DNA of 64,000 nt from a virus (lineage: Duplodnaviria; Caudoviricetes): IMG/VR virus record IMGVR_UViG_3300029913_000001; one strand, given 5' to 3'. Position 1 is the first letter of the stretch; each line of letters opens with the position of its first letter. Below the pieces are notes generated by a model, which was given only the letters and a program-made list of their open reading frames with translations, made no database searches and had not been told where the DNA came from. Both the position numbers and the translations under genes were made by a program. Shown in pieces: positions 52,528 through 60,264 of the stretch.

Positions 52528-53048
52528 ATTGCATTTCCAATATTAATTATTTCTAAAGACTTCGGAATGTCCCGTACTAGATAAATACACGGCGGTCGAT
52601 AACCGCCACACAACGGAATACAGAGTAACTGGCCCGGAACGGTCTTAGGCACAAACCACTTTGTTGTCTGATAAACATCTTCAACATCCACAGACAAATA
52701 ATCCGCAGTAAATGAACTCATTGGATTTAAAGAAAATGCGCTAAATCCCCTGCCACTTATACTGGTAACCGGATTAATTTCTAAATCGCCGTGAGTAGAT
52801 TCCCCAATCAAAATCTGATGATCTGCAGGAACATTAAGAAAATATGTTTCCTTCTTTCGGCCCAACGATAAATCAAAGCGTAATTTAAGAGTTGCCGCAT
52901 AGAATGACTCTAACATAATTAATGGTTGACAATAATAATCCGCTTCTTCTTTCTTAACCGAATTTTGATAAACCCAAAAGTGAATATCAGCTTGCTCTGG
53001 AATAAGATTTAAATCTACAGCAATATTATTTTCGTCTAAAATATACAA
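52524..53048 (-). CDS. Conserved hypothetical protein
   Basis: ORF track; RBS present; lies between the two kinase genes. Confidence 0.75.
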   Translation of the reverse strand: MYILDENNIAVDLNLIPEQADIHFWVYQNSVKKEEADYYCQPLIMLESFYAATLKLRFDLSLGRKKETYFLNVPADHQILIGESTHGDLEINPVTSISGRGFSAFSLNPMSSFTADYLSVDVEDVYQTTKWFVPKTVPGQLLCIPLCGGYRPPCIYLVRDIPKSLEIINIGNAI

Positions 53049-53088
53049 AATTGTTCTCCTGTGTGAACCTGTTATAAATAATTATATC

Positions 53089-53709
53089 ATGCTTATTACT
53101 GAATTCGCGCCAAATAAATTACGCCCCGCTATTGTCGCTCCAACCTACGATTATTTTACTTCGATTCCGCGGTGGAATGATGTAGATTATAATACCAAAA
53201 AAGCGGACGCCAACAAAAAGTTACGAGACTCATTGAAAAGAAATGGCTGGACATATCTCGACGAAGGCTATTATAGTATGGTTTTTGCCAATCCTAAAAA
53301 GTCATTTGTTCTAAAAATTAACAGCAAACCCGATACCGGGTATGAAAGATATGTTTCTGTTATTAAAAAACATAAAAATAAGCATTTTCCAATAATTAGC
53401 GATATGAAAATTGTGAAGATTGACGATCAAAATTATTACATTTATCTCATTGAAAAATTAACTAAACTACCAGCTCTTCAGGCTTTGAGCAATTCAGATT
53501 TTTTCGCTATAATAATACGGCGGGCATATAGCTCATTAGACGTTATATTTAACCACGATATACCTACAATTTTTAAAACCGATCCATCTTTAGTTAGAGC
53601 CCTACGTATTGTAGGTCAGTGTGCAGATGATTGCGGCCTTGATATGCACAGCGGAAATATCATGCAACGAACAAATGGGACTATTGTTATTACCGATCCA
53701 TATTCTTAA
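53089..53709 (+). CDS. Protein-kinase-like protein (T7 gp0.7-like), paralogue 2
   Basis: EGYYSMVF, VLKI, IEKL, DMHSGNIM, ITDP; TATAAATA at 53073-53080. Confidence 0.82.
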   Translation: MLITEFAPNKLRPAIVAPTYDYFTSIPRWNDVDYNTKKADANKKLRDSLKRNGWTYLDEGYYSMVFANPKKSFVLKINSKPDTGYERYVSVIKKHKNKHFPIISDMKIVKIDDQNYYIYLIEKLTKLPALQALSNSDFFAIIIRRAYSSLDVIFNHDIPTIFKTDPSLVRALRIVGQCADDCGLDMHSGNIMQRTNGTIVITDPYS

Positions 53710-53710
53710 A

Positions 53711-55141
53711 TTATTTTTGCCACTCAATCTTCTCAATCTTAAAGGGAAATAACTGTTCCTTATAATATTTTTTCCGAGAGGTAAGGTGATTTTTTGAAAA
53801 TTTGCATGTACTAGTAATATCCCATATCTGCGCAAAATTTTTATCTTTTGCGATACGTATCGCCCGGCCAACGCTCTGAATTGTACGAACGAAACTCTTT
53901 CCCACCTCAATTAAAAATAAATGATTAATTCTAGGAATATCTAGGCCGACCGCAGCAATTCCTGATGTAGCAATAATAACTTTATCATCAGAAGTAGCCA
54001 CTAAATCATATTGCTCTTTACGCAATGTTGAATTTGAAGCACCTGATAAGAAAATTGACCCAGGTATTAATTCTTCTAACAATACTCCTGATTTCTTTCT
54101 ACCAACCAATACAAGAACATTGCCGGTTTTCGCCGCATCTGTAATTAACGTAGAGATGAACTCAATTCTATCCGGATCGGTGACTAGATAAGTTAACTCG
54201 GCAGGATAATCATTAAATGACATTGTATCAATTAATTGTAATATCTTCACATCACATTTGCTGATTAATCCCTTATCCTGTAGTGTGGCGGTAGTTAACC
54301 GATGCAAAACTTCTCCCATTGAAATAGTAAGATTTACTAAATCAAAATCTTCCTTTGGTATAGTTCCTGTAAATGCCCATCGAATTGGAATTTTATTTAA
54401 TACTGTATCGCAAAGTATCGATTTAAGAATATTTCCTTTCAGGCCGTGACATTCATCCACAATTACTGCAACAACGCCTTGTACAAATTTTTCAAATGTA
54501 ATCGGCTCTGGTAATCCAATATCGATCGGAGAATCTTTTAATCTTGACAAACTTTGCCAGGTGCAAATCGTATGAGTCTTAAAAAAATCTTTTCGATCGC
54601 CATAATAAACACCCACGTCCATGCCAAGGTCGATATAATATTTTTCTGTCTGTGTAATCAGATCTTTATTAGGAACAATGACAATACTTCGACCATATTT
54701 TTCAACTTTTTTAGACAAAACCGCCGTCAAAAGACTATTATGATGGATGATTCCTATATGATCCACATAGACATGCGGAGATGGCAAGGTTACGTCATAA
54801 AAATCTTGCTCCGGAACCGACTCAATTTTGTCAATACGTAAAATTCCAGTTCTAGTTCGAATAATATCTCCCGCCACTAATGCGCTCGCATGTATCGGTA
54901 AATAAAATTTATTATACAAAATATGTTTATCTGCACATATTAAGTGCGATTTATCAAACGTTAATTTAACTCCCTCGCTTTGCTTTTTAATAATATATTG
55001 AATTGGAACATATTCATCGGATGGGCTTTTAATTCTGACCGTTAATTCATCCACCGATAACTCTTCATTATAAATTAATGAAGAATTTTTATACGATTGC
55101 ATTGCTGACAATAAGGTGCCAATTTTCATCGACAATTTCAT
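53711..55141 (-). CDS. uvsW: UvsW helicase C-fragment fused to IntC of a split intein (intein part 54737-55141)
   Basis: 135-aa IntC with CADKH (block B), FYDVTL (block F) and HHN|S (block G), followed by SF2 motifs VDECH, FTGT, GLDIP and QSVGR. Own AGGAG RBS. Confidence 0.9.
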   Translation of the reverse strand: MKLSMKIGTLLSAMQSYKNSSLIYNEELSVDELTVRIKSPSDEYVPIQYIIKKQSEGVKLTFDKSHLICADKHILYNKFYLPIHASALVAGDIIRTRTGILRIDKIESVPEQDFYDVTLPSPHVYVDHIGIIHHNSLLTAVLSKKVEKYGRSIVIVPNKDLITQTEKYYIDLGMDVGVYYGDRKDFFKTHTICTWQSLSRLKDSPIDIGLPEPITFEKFVQGVVAVIVDECHGLKGNILKSILCDTVLNKIPIRWAFTGTIPKEDFDLVNLTISMGEVLHRLTTATLQDKGLISKCDVKILQLIDTMSFNDYPAELTYLVTDPDRIEFISTLITDAAKTGNVLVLVGRKKSGVLLEELIPGSIFLSGASNSTLRKEQYDLVATSDDKVIIATSGIAAVGLDIPRINHLFLIEVGKSFVRTIQSVGRAIRIAKDKNFAQIWDITSTCKFSKNHLTSRKKYYKEQLFPFKIEKIEWQK

Positions 55142-55482
55142 ATAACTCCTGTAATTGTTCTACTGTATAATCTGATCGTGGTCCTTTTGAATGATTTTCT
55201 TTAGCTGAAATTACTCTTAAATTTATATATGACCCTATTATTTCGGGTGGGATCGAAAACATAAATCCGTGATGTCTTGAAAATATATGATCTACATGAT
55301 TATCGTTGTATGATATTTTTAAATTCTCGGGATTCACGGTATCATAAAAATAAGTTAATGATTGTGCGGTAAACCTTACTTCCTAAATAATCTACTAGAT
55401 CCCAGCAATCAATATTATTTCTTCGACAAATATTCAGCCAAATTTTCTCACTATATTTTTTAATTAATTCGCTAATTTCCAT
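55089..55482 (-). pseudogene. HNH-like homing endonuclease, frameshifted near 55383
   Basis: MEISEL...DYL, then a +1 shift giving EVRFTAQSL...HVDHIFS...GF...IPPEIIG...NLRVISAKENHSK. Confidence 0.7.
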
Positions 55483-55512
55483 ATCTTCCTGCTCCTGTTG
55501 GTAATAATGCTA

Positions 55513-56079
55513 TTAAGCAGGATTAATAAAATTTAATAAATATTTGCCAAAATCAGAATTTTCATCAATTTCAATATCGAGCAGGGTATCAAAATCTAAA
55601 CATTTCCCGGAACTCGTTGGTAATTGGGAAATTCCTTGTAAATTTTGTAAGAAAATATTAATTGCGGTAGTCTGATGATCTCTTAAAATGACCGTCTCGC
55701 CTGCCATTTGATGCTCTTTCGGCCATACTTGTCCAGCGAAAAAATTATTATCAATAGGATCAAATTGAAAATCACGATTATATGTTCGTTTATCTTCAAT
55801 TTCAACATCATATCCTTTATATATCAGATATTCAAGTTGCTTCGGTAGCAAATTAACAAACGTTTTCCCGCCCATAGTAAAAAAGGCTTGCTTACCATCA
55901 AAGCGTCCCATTCGTACGGCAGGAATCCAACGATTTGCTGGATTAAAAATCTTGCTTTTTTCGTATAAATATTTTCTAATTTCTGGAGGCAATCCAATAA
56001 AGGTGCATTCCACCTCATTATGAATTTGCAAAATGCAATGTTTATTTTCTGCTGTCATGTTATTAATTATAACATTCAT
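55513..56079 (-). CDS. uvsW: UvsW helicase N-fragment fused to a 29-aa IntN (55516-55602)
   Basis: LRDHQ, LPTSSGK|CLDFDT... then TAA TAG; TTGACA-17-TATAAT promoter upstream. The true start may be MTAENK. Confidence 0.9.
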   Translation of the reverse strand: MNVIINNMTAENKHCILQIHNEVECTFIGLPPEIRKYLYEKSKIFNPANRWIPAVRMGRFDGKQAFFTMGGKTFVNLLPKQLEYLIYKGYDVEIEDKRTYNRDFQFDPIDNNFFAGQVWPKEHQMAGETVILRDHQTTAINIFLQNLQGISQLPTSSGKCLDFDTLLDIEIDENSDFGKYLLNFINPA

Positions 56080-56139
56080 GTACTACTATGTCAAGACGTT
56101 ATACATAGAGGTGGGCGGCTCACAAAATATTAAGAAAGT

Positions 56140-56170
56140 AAAATGCCAGTGATTAACTCACTGGCATTTT
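56140..56170. terminator. Intrinsic terminator
   Basis: AAAATGCCAGTGA / TCACTGGCATTTT. Confidence 0.8.
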
Positions 56171-56173
56171 TAA

Positions 56174-56965
56174 TTAGAATAAAATTAAAGAAGTACCGCA
56201 TTCGGAACAAAATTTATTTGTTGCTCTATTTAATTTACCGCAAGTAATACAAGTAGGTTTAACATCAACGGTAATAGGGTTAACAACTTCTTGATTTGAA
56301 ATTTTTCCAACTAATTGAAAAACAAATACGACCGATTCCTGTTCCGTTTCGAACCAAGCACCTTCAACAAATTTCTGATCGCTCTTACTACCGGGCACGG
56401 TTATTCCTTGTGCAGTAATAGTGCTAGCCGAAGATGAAAAATTTTGTGTGGAAAGAGTGGTAGATTGCTCATCCGCACATTTTGCATAAACATAATCCGC
56501 TTGGGGAATTACTGACCGGCACATTGTATATCTACCCCAATGTGGATAGTTAGGATAATCTGTATTTTTAGTGGACCAAATATCTGAGTTCCACTGCGGA
56601 ATTGGCTTAATTTTTTCTGTCCAAAATTCAATTCGAATCAGGCCATCAGAAGCACCGATACCTCGATTTTTCTCGATAGTCTCTGTTCTTTCAATAAATT
56701 TAAATTTATTGCCAGCATCGAAATTTCGATTTCGAATAGTTCGTTCAAAATCTAATTCAGAATTTGGTTGAAGGATTAATTTTTCCCCACCGGTAGCTGA
56801 TTCACCATCGATTGTTACTTCAACAAGTGCTCGCACAGATTTCAAGTTCTTAAGCAAAATTGTATATTCTGCTCCGAACGGGAGAGCTACGGTTGAATTG
56901 TTTTCTCTTAGAATTTTTCCATGAACTTTAATTGCAGATACAAATTGATTACTATAAGACATCAT
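56174..56965 (-). CDS. Hypothetical protein with a C-terminal double zinc ribbon
   Basis: LPFGAEYTILLKNL; CITCG...FCSECG. Confidence 0.75.
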   Translation of the reverse strand: MMSYSNQFVSAIKVHGKILRENNSTVALPFGAEYTILLKNLKSVRALVEVTIDGESATGGEKLILQPNSELDFERTIRNRNFDAGNKFKFIERTETIEKNRGIGASDGLIRIEFWTEKIKPIPQWNSDIWSTKNTDYPNYPHWGRYTMCRSVIPQADYVYAKCADEQSTTLSTQNFSSSASTITAQGITVPGSKSDQKFVEGAWFETEQESVVFVFQLVGKISNQEVVNPITVDVKPTCITCGKLNRATNKFCSECGTSLILF

Positions 56966-57049
56966 ACCGCTCCTTTAGCATTCCGAATAAAATGCTTATA
57001 CAAACTTTAATTCGATTTTTATTTTGACACACTCTATTTAGCTTTTAGT

Positions 57050-59430
57050 TTACTCCGACAGTCTAAAAATTAAAACGTCATTATTTAAAATATCAATATC
57101 AGTTGAAATTTTCCGATAATTAATATTCCGATCTTTTTTGCTCATATTGCAGCATGTTCGAAAAAACTTATCGGCACTTTTTTTGTGTGTCATAAATCTT
57201 TCAAAAAGAATATGCTTCCTCCACAGAGAAATTTTCACGCCGGTTTCCCAATAATAGGTGGGGCAAATTAGCCGAATGCTTTTTTCTAGGTCATTAACTT
57301 TACTACGCAATTCCTGGAGGTGTTCTTTTTTTACCATTGCATCCTTTCAATTAATATTTTGCTATACAGGTCGGCAATAATTGAATTAATATATTCGATA
57401 TCGTATGGGCTGATAAGATTGAACAATCTGCATTTCGAAATTACGCATGTAATTTTATATAAATCGGTATTAATAAATAGCACGCCATCCGCAATTTCGA
57501 GTAAATTATGTAAGATTGCCGGCCAGTCTGATAAGTTGGTAATTGTATAATTTGTCATGTTGATAATTTTGCAACGAGAAATTCAGAAAGTTCGATAATC
57601 ATAACTTCCTTTGCAATTCGAATAAGTAGCAGCATCGCTATATCCTTATTCTGTAAATCCGGCAATAGTCTTCAGCCGAATTCGATCGCCCAATGAACGA
57701 TTATCGAATTGCTTTACAGAAGTACGAGGGGGTGAGCCAAACATTCCATTGTCAACGCAAATACAATCACCGATGTTATCCTTCAACGCTTGCACGGCTT
57801 CTTCCTTGGTCCATAAATACAAATCGTTAACCGGATTTCTTACTTCTCGTGCCAGCCCCAATGAATTAAGGAAGGAGGCATGTTCTTCATCATTCTTCCA
57901 ATCAATATTTTCACCATGCCGATACTTCCAGACATTTCCGCGCCGAACAAGAGTTAGTTGCAATTCTTCTGCATGATTAATTCCCGAAGTCCAACTATTT
58001 GGCTCGTTTGTGAGACTATACGTAGGCATGGGTGTTACCCCGTCTGCGCAAAATTGACCGATATAATCGTAATGAACCTGGGCAATAATAGCTTCATTGT
58101 TGGGATAGTCAACTGATGCAATAATATCCGGGGAAGTTACAAAATCTCCCTCAATGAAAGCGGTCATGGGAAGATCGCTTAATCGCTTCTTAACATATTG
58201 CAGCCGACCTTTAGTATCACGCATGGATTTGTCGCGACGTTTGGCTTCGGCGGCATCGAGCATTTCAGCTCTTCCGGTATATTCGCAAATTTCCTCACAA
58301 TTTTTTCGAAAATATGCCCACGATGTATTTTCATACATTCCAGGCTCAACGCCATAAAAGTTTGCCCAGCCGTAAGCAATTTCAGAAAATCTGAGAAATG
58401 TAGCGATGGTGCCATCAGGATAGGGATTATATCCCCATTCACGATTTTCCTGCGGCACGTTAAGAACAACCATATCTCCGACTTGTAAAATTTCGCCTAG
58501 CATTCTATTTCCTTTTCAATTCGAATATGTAAAATATTAGCGTCCGATACATCGGTATGCACTATCGCATATAACCCGCAATGAGAAAAAACTCGTACAA
58601 ATCCAAACAACGCTTTTCTTTTAGATATCCGCTTCCAGTATCGTTCTTGAAAAACAAAACCATTAGCAACCCAGTCTACGTGACCGCCCATTAGCTCGCA
58701 AGCTAGTCGATTAACCTCATCTGGTTCACTCCTACAGGTATCGACAATAATTCTCTTAATTTCGTTCGAAGTCATTACTTCATCCCCATTGCTAGAAAAA
58801 CTTTGAGAGAACGACGATATGCCTTTTCGTATTTCGCCTGCCAAATCGATTTATCCCAATGATACACTTCTCCTGAATAAAGGTGGTCAAAAATGTTAGC
58901 AACAAACGCCGCATATTCGGTTGCCGCCTTTTTTGCGGATACGTATGGGCCAATCGTACACAAATGCCCCGGTTCGTTAGTTCGATAATGATAAGATCGC
59001 AAAGCAAATCTTACAGAAAGTGCAGAATGCATTTTTGCCATTACTTCACCAGTCCATTCCGAACCTGTTCAGCGGTGAACTTAAAACGGCGGCCAGTAGA
59101 ACTAACGGCACTAACAGGATACTTACGCCGAGAAGATTTCAATCCAGCAATAGTAAACATCTTGCCCAGCGACATAAACGTCTTTCCCAACCCATCCTTT
59201 GGCAAGTTGAACATATATGCGAGCGACTGATATTCACGCGCTTCCGGTGAATCTACAACCGAGGAGGACCCGGCAGTTACGATAGTAGCAATCGATTTCG
59301 GATGAACGATCAACTTTGCAAAACGTGCTTCGGTTAACGTGAACCGACAATTGCCCAACGAAATATTAACCCCGTGCTTTGCGGCAACAGCAACAAGGGC
59401 AGCATCAATATCACGCCGAAGAGTTTGCAC
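57050..59430 (-). CDS. Run of accessory hypothetical ORFs (57050, 57331, 57646, 58497, 58775, 59041)
   Basis: Co-oriented ORFs. 57050 and 57331 carry the C-terminal tag. Confidence 0.65.
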
Positions 59431-59743
59431 ATCGTACCTTGAAAAAGAGTTCATTTTGAAACCTTTCTGCTGCTTCTGCAGCAATTACCGTGTTACCCAA
59501 TCAACATAATCAGTATAGCAAACTACCGATTAAATGTCAAGCTCGATCAGTGCAATATGACCAGGATTTTCGATTTGTTGAATATCTTGCTCGGCCAATT
59601 CTCATTTCGTGCTCTAATCTCAACATTGCAAGTTCGGAGCCAAAAGCATACACCACGCCCCCGATAATATTGACTTCGATCGGCTCTTTTGCAAGTGGTT
59701 CCCAGGAGTCTTTTACTTTGGCAAGCGTCATATCTGATCTCCT

Positions 59744-59782
59744 CACTGAAATAATTATAGCAAATACCGGTACCGAATGCAA
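59744..59782 (-). promoter_or_regulatory. Early promoter cassette copy 7
   Basis: TTGCAT-17-TATAAT plus the exact 21-mer. Confidence 0.85.
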
Positions 59783-60048
59783 CCGAAAAGTTTACCAGGC
59801 CATATACGCCCTGGCTTCTTCATCAGTAATAATCATATCGCAATCCACATCCATATATGCGTGGTTTCCTGTTCTGGGCTGGTACATATATTGCAATCGT
59901 TTTCCAGAGCGTGAAATGAATGGGGTTTCGGTACCACCGCAAGCAGGATACCAATTGCCTTGTTCCGGAGACTTCATATCAATGACCATATAAAAAGTAT
60001 AGCGCACTTCGATACCGTTTGCAACCGTTATTTTTCGGATTGCAGGTT

Positions 60049-60246
60049 GTTGAAAACAAAGGCCCGATTTCACGAATATGGCGCCGTATGGCCCTTTAAG
60101 GGGTCTGGGCATGGCTAGGTACTGCTAAAATAGCAGGGGCGCATTAGGGCGATTTAAGTCCTTTGTTTTCAAGGGCAAGATTTTTTGGTATTTTTCTTTG
60201 TTTTCGGTTGCATTTGGTACCGGTATTTGCTATAATTATTTCAGTG
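60049..60246. repeat. ~200-bp element (inverted homologue of 32017-32213) including promoter cassette copy 8 (+ strand, 60208-60246)
   Basis: TTGCAT-17-TATAAT, the exact 21-mer at 60226-60246 and TTGAAAACAAAGGACTTA at 60155-60172 (minus strand). Confidence 0.85.
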
Positions 60247-60264
60247 AGAGGAAAGAAGGCGTAT

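Noticed and set aside
22045-53709. Paralogue pairs (22045/22611, 51910/53089) as DGR template/variable repeats
   Set aside because: Divergence is general rather than adenine-specific, both members are full ORFs, and no reverse transcriptase is in the window.
55089-55602. A single contiguous intein with an internal HNH domain broken by sequencing errors
   Set aside because: The HNH lies after block A rather than between blocks B and F, IntN ends in a double stop, both downstream ORFs have their own RBS and ATG, and several independent corrections would be needed.
785-59993. Many plus-strand track ORFs antisense to well-supported minus-strand genes (e.g. 2473, 9493, 21317, 28609, 35026, 38915, 48158)
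   Set aside because: They are shadow frames lacking an RBS, motifs or phage-like composition.
17645-60245. Recurrent peptide FAIIISV at the N-termini of track ORFs 17645, 28320, 30723, 31840, 59537 and 60163
   Set aside because: It is the translation of the repeated promoter cassette. The true starts lie downstream of the RBS.
13246-60246. 21-bp exact repeats as a CRISPR array
   Set aside because: The copies are dispersed, on both strands and without regular spacers, and each fits -35/-10 geometry. No cas operon is present; the Cas4-like nuclease is a common stand-alone phage exonuclease.
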